The translations under genes were made by a program, and so were the position numbers. The notes beneath the pieces were generated by a model. It was not told the origin of the DNA and did no database searches. It worked only from the letters and a program-made list of their open reading frames with translations. From an uncultured Prevotella sp. (GTDB taxonomy: Bacteria > Bacteroidota > Bacteroidia > Bacteroidales > Bacteroidaceae): a stretch of 64,000 bases of DNA. Location of the stretch: the NCBI GenBank assembly GCA_905234845.1, contig CAJOIW010000025.1, positions 2,374 through 66,373 on the forward strand, given 5' to 3'. Positions 30,626 through 40,086 of the stretch are shown here, piece by piece (position 1 is the first letter of the stretch; every line of letters starts with the position of its first letter).

Positions 30626-30819
30626 TAAAACGACATAGCACCGCAATCTATCCGGACTGCAGTGCCATGCTTTTATTCCTCAGAATAACTTTCTCTAAAA
30701 AACGAATGGGAGCCTCACGGCTACCATTGTCGCAGTAAAACAATCTTTTACTTTTACCTAAAAATTAACTAAAAACCTAAATCTATTACTACTAACCTAA
30801 ACAATCTATTAACTTTTAC
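30626..30819 (-). ncRNA. Putative small RNA, paralog 2
   Basis: Promoter TACCTTTG (30825-30832, -), shared 43-nt block, GUGA-tetraloop hairpin, 15-bp terminal stem that pairs fully (with G-U) only on the minus strand; ends approximate. Confidence 0.75.
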
Positions 30820-30982
30820 GGGTGCAAAGGTAGATATTTTTCGCCGTGTGCGCAAACAACCTAACAATTTATTAGTAAAAAGTCCGTAATTATTGATTTA
30901 TGTCAATCAGCAGCAGAAAAACCGCTGTTTCCTTGTGGCTACACATTTTTTTTTGTACTTTTGCCGTAAAGAAACAAGAGCT

Positions 30983-32257
30983 ATGCGCATTCTGATTGTC
31001 AACACGAGCGAGCAGACTGGTGGTGCGGCCGTAGCCGCAGGCCGTCTGCGCGAGGCACTGAGCAATAACGGAGTGAAAGCGAAGATGCTGGTGCGCGACA
31101 AAGAAACCGACAATCTCTCAGTTGTCGGTCTACGTTGCAAGTGGCTGACAAGGTGGAAGTTCCTATGGGAGCGATGGCGCATCTTCATGCACTTGCACCT
31201 CAGCCGGCAACACCTCTTCGACATCGACATCGCCAACACTGGCACCGACATCACTCGGCTGCCCGAGTTTCGTGAAGCCGATGTGATACACCTGCACTGG
31301 ATCAATCAAGGAATGCTATCGCTCAGTGACATTGCCCGAATCTTAGACTCTGGCAAACCTGTTGTTTGGACCATGCACGACATCTGGCCCGCCGTTGGCA
31401 TCTGCCACCTCACACTAGGATGCGAATGTTTCAAGTCGGCTTGCAAACAATGCAAATACCTACCCAACGGAGGAAGCACCAACGACCTGGCAGCCAAGAC
31501 TTGGCACCGAAAGCAACGCCTCTACCAGCAGGGCGATCTCACTTTCGTGGCATGCAGCAAGTGGCTTGCCGGCGAAGCAAAAAAAAGTATGTTGCTGAAA
31601 GACAAGACCGTACGTACCATTCCCAATCCTATCGACACACGCATCTTCAAAAAAAACGACAAGCAACGGGCTCGCGAACGGTTAGGCCTACCGCAAGACC
31701 GGCGGCTCATACTCTTCGTCTCACAGCGTGTCAACAACGTCAACAAGGGAATGAGCTATCTCATCGAAGCCTGCAATGCAATGCTCGGAAAGCATCCTGA
31801 GTTGAAGGAGAAAACCGCCATCGTGGTCCTGGGAGGACATGCCGACGAGCTTGAAGGACAGTTTGCCATACCCCTCTACCCCATCGGCTACGTAAGCGAT
31901 ACCGCTAACATCATTGATGTCTACAATGCCGCCGACGTATTTGTCATGCCGTCGCTATCCGAGAATTTACCCAACACCATCATGGAGGCCATGGCCTGTG
32001 GCGTACCCTGTGTAGGGTTCAACATAGGCGGCATACCCGAGGAAATCGATCATCTGCGCAATGGATATATTGCCCGCTATCGCGATGCTGACGACTTGTC
32101 GGAAGGAATATTTCATGTGCTCTTCAATGCCGACTACGATGAATTGAGCCATCAGTCCATTGCCAAGGTTCATGCGGCCTACTCCCAACAAAGTGTGGCC
32201 CTGCGCTACATCGACATCTATACCGAGGCACTCGCCCGAAAAAACTACAACCTATGA
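30983..32257 (+). CDS. GT4 family glycosyltransferase
   Basis: Start set at MRILIVNT after TACTTTTG (30956-30963); GGAAVAA, WTMHD, PSLSENLPNTIMEAMACGVP. Confidence 0.92.
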   Translation: MRILIVNTSEQTGGAAVAAGRLREALSNNGVKAKMLVRDKETDNLSVVGLRCKWLTRWKFLWERWRIFMHLHLSRQHLFDIDIANTGTDITRLPEFREADVIHLHWINQGMLSLSDIARILDSGKPVVWTMHDIWPAVGICHLTLGCECFKSACKQCKYLPNGGSTNDLAAKTWHRKQRLYQQGDLTFVACSKWLAGEAKKSMLLKDKTVRTIPNPIDTRIFKKNDKQRARERLGLPQDRRLILFVSQRVNNVNKGMSYLIEACNAMLGKHPELKEKTAIVVLGGHADELEGQFAIPLYPIGYVSDTANIIDVYNAADVFVMPSLSENLPNTIMEAMACGVPCVGFNIGGIPEEIDHLRNGYIARYRDADDLSEGIFHVLFNADYDELSHQSIAKVHAAYSQQSVALRYIDIYTEALARKNYNL

Positions 32258-33036
32258 TCCGGTTCACCATCATCACCTGCACCTATAATGCCGCCGACAC
32301 CCTGAAGTGCACTCTCGACAGCGTAGGCCGACAAACCTACGCCTACGTTGAGCATATTATTCAGGATGGAGCATCGAAAGACAATACGCTCGAACTGGCT
32401 AAGACTTACCAATACGAGCATCGCGAGCAGGGGAAGCCCCACGACATCAGCATCATTTCTGAACCCGATAATGGTCTCTACGATGCCATGAACCGCGCCA
32501 TCACACGCGCCACGGGCGATTATGTGCTCTTCCTCAATGCCGGCGACACCTTCCCTTCTGACGACACTCTCGACACCATTGCCGCTACTGTAGGCGAAGA
32601 AGAAACGCTACCTGCCGTGCTCTATGGCGACACCGACATCGTGGACGCAGAGGGACGGTTTCTCCGACACCGCCGTCTCTCTCCACCCGACAACCTGTCG
32701 TGGAAATCATTTAAGAAGGGTATGCTCGTCTGCCATCAGGCCTTCTATGCCCGCACCGACCTGGCCCGTTCCACGCCCTACAACCTCGGCTACCGATTCT
32801 CAGCCGACGTAGACTGGTGCATACGCATCATGCAACGCGCCGCAGAGTTGCACCTCTCCATGCGACGCATCCCTGCCGTCGTAGCCAACTACCTTGACGG
32901 CGGACTAACCCGACAGAACCATCGCGCCTCACTCCGCGAGCGCTTCACCGTCATGCGTCACCACTACGGCCTCCCCACAACCCTTGCCATGCATGTCTAT
33001 TTTATCCTCAGGCAAGTATTCCACCTGTCCTCATGA
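32254..33036 (+). CDS. GT2 family glycosyltransferase
   Basis: IITCTYNA, DGASKD, SEPDNGLYDAMN, LFLNAGD. Confidence 0.92.
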   Translation: MIRFTIITCTYNAADTLKCTLDSVGRQTYAYVEHIIQDGASKDNTLELAKTYQYEHREQGKPHDISIISEPDNGLYDAMNRAITRATGDYVLFLNAGDTFPSDDTLDTIAATVGEEETLPAVLYGDTDIVDAEGRFLRHRRLSPPDNLSWKSFKKGMLVCHQAFYARTDLARSTPYNLGYRFSADVDWCIRIMQRAAELHLSMRRIPAVVANYLDGGLTRQNHRASLRERFTVMRHHYGLPTTLAMHVYFILRQVFHLSS

Positions 33037-33076
33037 CATTTTCATTGTAACGTTGCCATCAAAATAGCAGAAACTT

Positions 33077-33655
33077 ATGACCGAGAAAGAGAAAATGCTG
33101 GCTGGAGAGATTTACTCCGCCACAGACCCAGAGCTGATACGAGAGCTGAACGAGACTCGTGAAGTGATTCATGAGTACAACCTTCTGCGCCCATCGGAGA
33201 CGACACGAAAGCTGGAGATTCTCAAATCGCTGCTGGGGCATATCGGCGACGATCATATTCTCATCAACCAACCATTCCATTGCGACTACGGCAAGCAGAT
33301 TCGTGTGGGACGACATTTCTTTGCCAATTTCAACCTCACCATTCTCGACGAGGCGGCGGTCACCATCGGCGATGACTGCTTCATTGGCCCGGACGTAAGC
33401 ATCTACACCGCCTGCCACAGCACCGACCCCGTGGAACGCAACTCACGACAGGAATGGGCCGAGCCCGTCACCATCGGCAACAATGTGTGGATTGGCGGCA
33501 ACGTAACCATCCTGCCAGGTGTGACGATTGGCAATAATGTTACTATAGGAGCAGGCTCAGTGGTAACGAAAGACATCCCCGACGGTGTGGTAGCTGCAGG
33601 CAACCCCTGCCGCATCATAAAAAGACTTCCCGGGTATACGCTTCAACGCGCTTGA
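33077..33655 (+). CDS. Sugar O-acetyltransferase (Maa/LacA family)
   Basis: MTEKEKMLAGE, CDYG, hexapeptide repeats IGNNVWIGG..ILPGVTIG. Confidence 0.92.
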   Translation: MTEKEKMLAGEIYSATDPELIRELNETREVIHEYNLLRPSETTRKLEILKSLLGHIGDDHILINQPFHCDYGKQIRVGRHFFANFNLTILDEAAVTIGDDCFIGPDVSIYTACHSTDPVERNSRQEWAEPVTIGNNVWIGGNVTILPGVTIGNNVTIGAGSVVTKDIPDGVVAAGNPCRIIKRLPGYTLQRA

Positions 33656-34692
33656 GTTTCTCGCTTAGGGCTGTGGAACCGTCTGTCCCTAAGATATTTT
33701 TTTGCAAGATAGGACAACAATAGCGTACCCAAGGCCATCATTGTATATGACAGGGTTCGATTCGTAATGCCATACGACAAGCAAAAACTATTGACAACAC
33801 GGATGACCAGCATATGCAAGAGGAATATCTCAAAACTAATACCACCCAGCCATAACATGACAGGATGATGAAGCATGCGTGTAAGCAACCCCTTCAGCTT
33901 ATCTATATCCGCAAAAATCAATATAAATGCCGGCATCACGAACCAATACATGAACGTACAGCTTAGGCGAATTGTTATGGCTTGGCCCACGAAGAACAAC
34001 GCTGCCAAAACCAATATAATCACTGCCTCTATGATAGTCAGCGTAAACACGTTCTGCTTTTCAAGCCAGTGCTGCAAGTCTCGGCCCCATGAAGAAACAT
34101 ATACCCGATACAACAGTATGCCTATCATGAAATCAAGCGTACGGGTAAGTGGCGAGGCATACAATATGCTATTGACACTTGAAAGGGGAATACTGAAGGC
34201 CAACAACAAATATCCCGCCAATATCACGACTCCCAACAATATCAGATATCGTCGGGATAGATTTCTCAGGAAAAGGAACATTGGCTTGAAAACGACATAA
34301 AAAAACATCACGTCGCAGAGGAACCACGAAGAGCCATTAGCCACGAAATAGAAAGAGTCATCGGGAATCCAACTCTGTAACAGCAAGACATTGGGTAACA
34401 GCCGATACCATTCATAATAGACTCCCAAACGGGCATCGAGCACCACCATTATAATAAATGTCAGCAAGTGCAACGGATAGAATTTCATGAGTTGCCGCTT
34501 CACGAACTGCCATGGTTGGAATTGCCCCTGCTCTATTTTCCCCGCATATGCTATGGACAAGACAAATCCGCTCAACATGAAGAAAAACGACACAGCACAT
34601 TCCCCCCCATAATCAAAGACTTTCCCTATGATATGGGAAAGCACCATGAGCATCACAAATACAAACCGGAGCGATTGAAGCGTCTTTATCAT
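33643..34692 (-). CDS. Acyltransferase-3 family membrane O-acyltransferase
   Basis: Start set at MIKTLQSLR; VSFFFMLSGFVL, SWFL, LGGISFEIFLLH; multiple TM segments. Confidence 0.88.
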   Translation of the reverse strand: MIKTLQSLRFVFVMLMVLSHIIGKVFDYGGECAVSFFFMLSGFVLSIAYAGKIEQGQFQPWQFVKRQLMKFYPLHLLTFIIMVVLDARLGVYYEWYRLLPNVLLLQSWIPDDSFYFVANGSSWFLCDVMFFYVVFKPMFLFLRNLSRRYLILLGVVILAGYLLLAFSIPLSSVNSILYASPLTRTLDFMIGILLYRVYVSSWGRDLQHWLEKQNVFTLTIIEAVIILVLAALFFVGQAITIRLSCTFMYWFVMPAFILIFADIDKLKGLLTRMLHHPVMLWLGGISFEIFLLHMLVIRVVNSFCLSYGITNRTLSYTMMALGTLLLSYLAKKYLRDRRFHSPKRETQAR

Positions 34693-34770
34693 TTTCTGAC
34701 GTGGGGGACTTACAGTGATTGTTCTGTTTTTTACTATTGAGGAAACACAGATTTCGCGACTTATCATATT

Positions 34771-34839
34771 AAAAAAACTCAGATTTCACAAATTGTAAAG
34801 TAACATCTCTCTTTATCTAATTTGTGAAATCCGAGTTTT
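34771..34839 (-). terminator. Terminator hairpin after the M23 peptidase gene
   Basis: AAAACTCAGATTTCACAAATT ... AATTTGTGAAATCCGAGTTTT with a U-run on the minus strand. Confidence 0.7.
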
Positions 34840-34858
34840 CTATTCTTCGTTCCTACGC

Positions 34859-35839
34859 TTATGAATAGCGAAGGAGTTGTCCCACGCGAGGTTTGGCTTC
34901 CTTGTTCATATGGTTGAGGTAGCAGATGCGCTCAACACTCACGCCATACTTTTGGGCAATGCTCTGGAGGGTTTCTCCACTGGCTACCTTATGGTATTGC
35001 AAATTCTCATTTTGCAAAGCCTTAGTCTGCGGTGTACTTGCCGAAGCAGTCTGCGATGCGGCATCGCCACGTACCTGCGCCGGGGTATAGCTACCATTGC
35101 CTACCTTACCACGCTTGCGGGTTGCCTCAGCTGATTCCGAATCATAGGTGCTACGGCGATAGGTATAGAAGTCGCCTGTCACATCTTGCTTGCGGAAGTC
35201 GAAGAGCAATGCGGGGTTAATGGCCACACCACAGAGACGAGTCTCAAAATGGAGGTGCGAACCGGTGCTTCGGCCTGTGTTACCACCAAGACCGATGGGA
35301 TCACCTGCTTTTACCATCTGGTTCACCGAAACGAGCTGCTTCGACATGTGGGCATAGTAGGTCTCCAAACCATTGCTATGGCGGATGACAACATACTTGC
35401 CATAACCGGCTGCCTCATAGCGTACAACGCGAACCTTACCACTGAAGGCTGCACGGATAGTGTCACCAATATAGACTTTTATGTCAAGTCCCTTGTGCTG
35501 ACGACCCCAACGCGGTCCGAAGTTACTGGTAACGACGCGGCTGGACGTAGGCATGTGATACCCCCGAAGGTCAATCTTATAGTTTGCGGGAATAGAAGAG
35601 CCCTTGTAGTGAGCATATCCGTTTTCCCAATTGTTATAGAGGTCATCGGAGAGGCCGATACCCTCTACTTCTTCTTTTTCAATGAGACGGATGGCGCGAA
35701 TGGAATCGGCCTTGTGAGCCTTGCGGTCAACGGGTGCCTGACGCGCAAGAAGATCCTGTGCCGAAGCGTTCTGCGCTCCAAGCACACACAATGTTGTAAT
35801 AGCGAATGTCTTTATTATTTTACTAAAAATCATAACCAC
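34859..35839 (-). CDS. M23 family peptidoglycan endopeptidase with C-terminal LysM
   Basis: HKGLD, YAHMS, GRSTGSHLHFE; YHKVASGETLQSIAQKYGVS LysM. Confidence 0.93.
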   Translation of the reverse strand: MVMIFSKIIKTFAITTLCVLGAQNASAQDLLARQAPVDRKAHKADSIRAIRLIEKEEVEGIGLSDDLYNNWENGYAHYKGSSIPANYKIDLRGYHMPTSSRVVTSNFGPRWGRQHKGLDIKVYIGDTIRAAFSGKVRVVRYEAAGYGKYVVIRHSNGLETYYAHMSKQLVSVNQMVKAGDPIGLGGNTGRSTGSHLHFETRLCGVAINPALLFDFRKQDVTGDFYTYRRSTYDSESAEATRKRGKVGNGSYTPAQVRGDAASQTASASTPQTKALQNENLQYHKVASGETLQSIAQKYGVSVERICYLNHMNKEAKPRVGQLLRYS

Positions 35840-36142
35840 TTTAAGTTTACGGCAGGCGGAAAGCCCGCTTCCTTGGACTTAAAAAATCCTTTCATTAAAC
35901 GAGGCTGTTGAACGGTACAAAGGCACAACAATCTCAAAAAACCGCTGCAAAGATAACGAAAATTTCCCGAAAAAAGTACGAGATTAACAGTTTTTTTTCG
36001 GGATTTAACATAGTCAAAGGCCATTTTCAACCACTCCATTCTTCCAGCAACCAACTTATATACAGGCTATTAGAGGAACTGACCGTTAATAAAATGCGAA
36101 AAATCCGTTTAACATTTATAAAATGTCATTTTAGGGCATTTT

Positions 36143-38242
36143 TTAACTTATTGCGCCCCAGTCAACCAGATCTTTTTTGAGCTCGCGCATCCGATTCCAG
36201 AGCATCCGATGCTGCGGATCGGTGCAGGTTGGGTCGCTGTCAATAATCTTCTGTGCCTCGTCGCGGGCCATCTGCACAATCTGCCCGTCGCGGGCGATGT
36301 CGGCAATCTTCAGGTCGAAGGCCATACCACTCTGCTGTGTCCCCTCAAGATCGCCAGGGCCTCGTAGTTTCAGGTCGGCCTCAGCAATATGGAAACCATC
36401 GTTGGTATCACACATGATGTCGATGCGCTTGCGCGTCTCAGTAGAAAGTTTATAGTTGGTGACGAGGATGCAGTACGACTGGTCGGCTCCACGTCCCACA
36501 CGACCTCTGAGCTGATGCAGCTGACTGAGACCGAACCGCTGCGCATCGAGGATGACCATGACCGAAGCGTTAGGCACGTTCACACCCACTTCAATGACCG
36601 TCGTGGCTACGAGTATCTGGGTCTCACCACTGACGAACCGCTGCATCTCCTCCTCCTTCTCTTTCGACTTCATTTTACCGTGCACCTTGCTCATGCGCAT
36701 ATCGGGAAACACTTCGCGCAGATGCTCAAAACCTTCCTCAAGATTTTTCAAGTCCATTTTCTCACTTTCCTTGATGAGCGGAAACACAATGTATACCTGC
36801 CGTCCTTGCTCTATCTGCTGACGGATACCCTGATAGAGGCTCACCGTCTGCGTGTCGTATTTATGCAGGGTCTGTATGGGTTTCCGTCCTGGCGGCAGTT
36901 CATCGATGACACTCACGTCGAGGTCACCGTAGATGGTCATGGCGAGTGTACGGGGGATAGGTGTGGCGGTCATCACAAGCACGTGAGGCGGACGCTCACT
37001 CTTATTCCACAGCTTGGCTCGCTGCGCCACTCCGAAACGGTGCTGCTCGTCGACCACCGCCAAACCGAGTCGCTGAAACTGCACGGGGTCTTCGATGACG
37101 GCATGGGTGCCTACGAGTATCTGCACCTCTCCCGAGATGAGTCCGCCGAGCACCTCCTGACGCTTTTTTCCTTTCACCACACCCGTGAGCAACTCCACCC
37201 GCAAAGGCATCGTACCAAGCAGTTCGCGGATGGTCTGCAGGTGCTGTTCGGCCAGAATCTCCGTAGGAGCCATGATGCAGGCCTGATAGCCGTTGCCGAT
37301 AGCGAGGAGCATAGCCATGAGCGCCACGAGAGTCTTGCCTGAGCCCACATCGCCCTGCAGCAGGCGGTTCATCTGACGACCCGAGCGCATGTCCTCGCGC
37401 AACTCGCGGATGACACGTTTCTGGGCACCTGTCAATGTAAAAGGCAGATGATGATAGTAGAACTCATTGAACACATCGCCCACATGCTCAAAGACATACC
37501 CTCGGTACTTACGGCGCTGGTCGCTCGCATACCTTAATATATTGAGCTGCACATAGAATAGCTCCTCGAACTTCAGTCTGACCTGTGCGCGGCTCACCTG
37601 CTCGGCATTGCGCGGATAGTGTATCCAGCGTAGCGCATCATCGCGTGAGCAGAGGTGCAGCGGACCAGTGATATAGGGCGGCAACGTCTCGGGCATAGGC
37701 GACGGGATTTTATCGAGCAACGCCTTCATGAGCTTCTCCACCGCCCGTGAAGTCATTCCCGACTTTTTCATTTTCTCCGTCGTCACGTAATAGGGCTGCA
37801 TTCCCATCTCAGAGAGTTGCACGTCCTCGGCCTTCTCTATGTCGGGATGGGCGAACTGATAGCGTCCGTTATAAACCGAGGGCCGTCCGAAGACGATATA
37901 CTCCGTGTTGGTCTTATAGCTCTTCAGCGCATACTGCACCCCCTGAAACCACACGAGGTCGCACACACCGTGTCCGTCGCTGAAGTGCGCCACGAGGCGT
38001 TTCTTGCGCGGTCCCATGTCGAACGTCTCGAACGAGAGTATCTGCCCTTTTATTTGCACAAAAGGCATCTCGCCTACCAGCTCGTCGATGCAGTAGATGC
38101 GACTACGGTCGACGTGCTTGTAGGGGTAATACTCCAACAGCTGACCCCACGTCTCAATGCCGAGTTCACGGCTCAGCAGGTCTTTTCTGTGGGGTCCCAC
38201 TCCTGGGAGATATTTGATGTCTTGCGCAAGGATACCGGTCAT
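36143..38242 (-). CDS. recG: ATP-dependent DNA helicase RecG
   Basis: RLLQGDVGSGKT, DEQHRFGV, MTATPIPRTL, QLRGRVGRG, DLKLRGPG. Confidence 0.98.
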   Translation of the reverse strand: MTGILAQDIKYLPGVGPHRKDLLSRELGIETWGQLLEYYPYKHVDRSRIYCIDELVGEMPFVQIKGQILSFETFDMGPRKKRLVAHFSDGHGVCDLVWFQGVQYALKSYKTNTEYIVFGRPSVYNGRYQFAHPDIEKAEDVQLSEMGMQPYYVTTEKMKKSGMTSRAVEKLMKALLDKIPSPMPETLPPYITGPLHLCSRDDALRWIHYPRNAEQVSRAQVRLKFEELFYVQLNILRYASDQRRKYRGYVFEHVGDVFNEFYYHHLPFTLTGAQKRVIRELREDMRSGRQMNRLLQGDVGSGKTLVALMAMLLAIGNGYQACIMAPTEILAEQHLQTIRELLGTMPLRVELLTGVVKGKKRQEVLGGLISGEVQILVGTHAVIEDPVQFQRLGLAVVDEQHRFGVAQRAKLWNKSERPPHVLVMTATPIPRTLAMTIYGDLDVSVIDELPPGRKPIQTLHKYDTQTVSLYQGIRQQIEQGRQVYIVFPLIKESEKMDLKNLEEGFEHLREVFPDMRMSKVHGKMKSKEKEEEMQRFVSGETQILVATTVIEVGVNVPNASVMVILDAQRFGLSQLHQLRGRVGRGADQSYCILVTNYKLSTETRKRIDIMCDTNDGFHIAEADLKLRGPGDLEGTQQSGMAFDLKIADIARDGQIVQMARDEAQKIIDSDPTCTDPQHRMLWNRMRELKKDLVDWGAIS

Positions 38243-38805
38243 TGCTCCATTAAATGTGCATATCTCATTCCCTCTTTCAGTGCGTCCACCACTTCCTCTG
38301 GCACAAAGCGGGCGAGCAGGCGGTAACCGAACTCAAACGCGGCGGCAGGTCCCTCGGCGGTGATGATGTTACCATCCTCGGTCACCAGCTCACGAGTGTA
38401 CTCGGCACCTTCGAGATATTGCTCAAATCCCGGATAGCACGTGGCACGCCGCCCTTCGAGCAGCCCACGCCGCCCAAGCACGAGCGGTGCGGCACAAATA
38501 GCACCGATGAGTTTGCCCTCACCAAAATGTCGGTAGAGCACCTCAACCAACTGGTGGTGCTGGTCGAGATTAGCTGCGCCAGGCATACCGCCAGGAAGAA
38601 TCAGCAAATCGGCATCGCCGAACCACTCTACCGTTTCGAACCACACATCGGCCTTTACCTCCACGCCATGCGCGCTCTCCACGTATTCGCTACCCGTGAT
38701 GCTCACCGTCACCACCTCCTGACCGCCCCGACGAAGAATGTCGACCGGCGCCAAAGCCTCAATGTCCTCGAAGCCGTTGGCCAGAAACACATAAATCTTT
38801 GCCAT
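38239..38805 (-). CDS. DJ-1/PfpI (ThiJ/YajL) family protein
   Basis: FLANGFEDIEA, LPGGMPGA, AICAAP, ATCYPG; start set at MAKIY. Confidence 0.93.
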   Translation of the reverse strand: MAKIYVFLANGFEDIEALAPVDILRRGGQEVVTVSITGSEYVESAHGVEVKADVWFETVEWFGDADLLILPGGMPGAANLDQHHQLVEVLYRHFGEGKLIGAICAAPLVLGRRGLLEGRRATCYPGFEQYLEGAEYTRELVTEDGNIITAEGPAAAFEFGYRLLARFVPEEVVDALKEGMRYAHLMEQ

Positions 38806-38916
38806 AACACATAACTTTTTTTCGTCACTGCAAAAATACAAATAATATTTTGGAAAACCCACCCTTTTGCAAAAAATATTCGTGCCAATAACATCCTACC
38901 AACAAATCGATACCAC

Positions 38917-39107
38917 AAAACCAATGCTTTCACAACACGAAAAACAAGCCTTCACGATGCGAACGCTAAGGTTTCACAAAGTAATAGTATATATATTACC
39001 AAGTAAAAGTATATATATTACTCAGTAAAAGTATATATATTACCGAGTAAAAGTATATATATTACTTTGTGAAAGATAAGCTTTCGTTTTACGAAGGCTT
39101 GCTTTTG
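38917..39107. repeat. 22-bp-phased palindrome array (9 units; central four a tandem GTAA(T/A)AGTATATATATTAC)
   Basis: Unit centres from 38924 to 39100 in exact 22-bp steps. Confidence 0.9.
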
Positions 39108-39195
39108 GGATCATCATAGATAGTTTTTTACTATTAAACGCATATCTTTCAACATTTTTTCGTACTTTTGCCGACGATAAAACAAGAAAAAACAC

Positions 39196-40086
39196 ATGAC
39201 ACAAAAGAAACTCCGCTTTGCGCTGTTCGGAAAAGAATACCCGACTGAGAAACAGGCGGGCATCGGCAGGGTGCTCCAAAGCCTGCAAGAGAAGGGGGCT
39301 GACATCTGGATAGACAGCCCATTCGCCGACTTCATAGAGCAAGAGGGACTGGTCGGAGACATCGCCTTCAATCGCTTTGAGGGCTACGACTTCGAGGCCG
39401 ACTTCGCCATCTCGATAGGCGGTGACGGAACTTTCCTGAAGACTGCCAGTCGTGCAGCCGGAAAACAGATTCCTCTCTTCGGCGTAAACATGGGACGCTT
39501 GGGATTCCTTGCCGACGTGCAACCCACAGAAATAGAAGCAAGCCTCGATGCCGTTTACAGCGGCGCATACGAACTGGCCCACCACTCCATGATACAAGTG
39601 GAGTCGGAGGGTGAGCCGATTACAGAATACCCCTACGCACTCAACGACATAGCCGTGCTGAAACGCGACTCGGCCTCGATGATCAGCATCCGTACCGAGG
39701 TGAGCGGTGAGTATCTGGCCACCTATCAGGCCGATGGTCTCATCGTCTCCACACCGACAGGCTCCACCGCCTACTCGCTCTCCAACGGTGGACCCATCAT
39801 CGTGCCGCAGACAGGCACCATCTGTCTCACACCCGTAGCGCCCCACTCACTCAACATACGCCCCATCGTGCTGCCCGACAACGTAGAGGTGAGACTCAGC
39901 GTGGCATCACGGTCGCACAATTTCCTCGTGGCCATAGACGGACGAAGCGAGAAACTGGCACAAGGCACATCGATTGTTATCAGAAAGGCACCCTTCTGCA
40001 CTCAGATTGTAAAACATGGCGGAAGACAATATTTCTCCACGCTACGCGAGAAAATGATGTGGGGAAAAGACGAGAGAGAATTATGA
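39196..40086 (+). CDS. nadK: NAD kinase
   Basis: GGDGTFL, GRLGFL, ALND, DGLIVSTPTGSTAYSLSNGGP. Confidence 0.96.
   Translation: MTQKKLRFALFGKEYPTEKQAGIGRVLQSLQEKGADIWIDSPFADFIEQEGLVGDIAFNRFEGYDFEADFAISIGGDGTFLKTASRAAGKQIPLFGVNMGRLGFLADVQPTEIEASLDAVYSGAYELAHHSMIQVESEGEPITEYPYALNDIAVLKRDSASMISIRTEVSGEYLATYQADGLIVSTPTGSTAYSLSNGGPIIVPQTGTICLTPVAPHSLNIRPIVLPDNVEVRLSVASRSHNFLVAIDGRSEKLAQGTSIVIRKAPFCTQIVKHGGRQYFSTLREKMMWGKDEREL

Noticed and set aside
38981-39065. Possible CRISPR array
   Set aside because: Units are separated by only 3 nt, with no unique spacers and no cas genes; the other 22-bp arrays likewise lack spacer-length sequence
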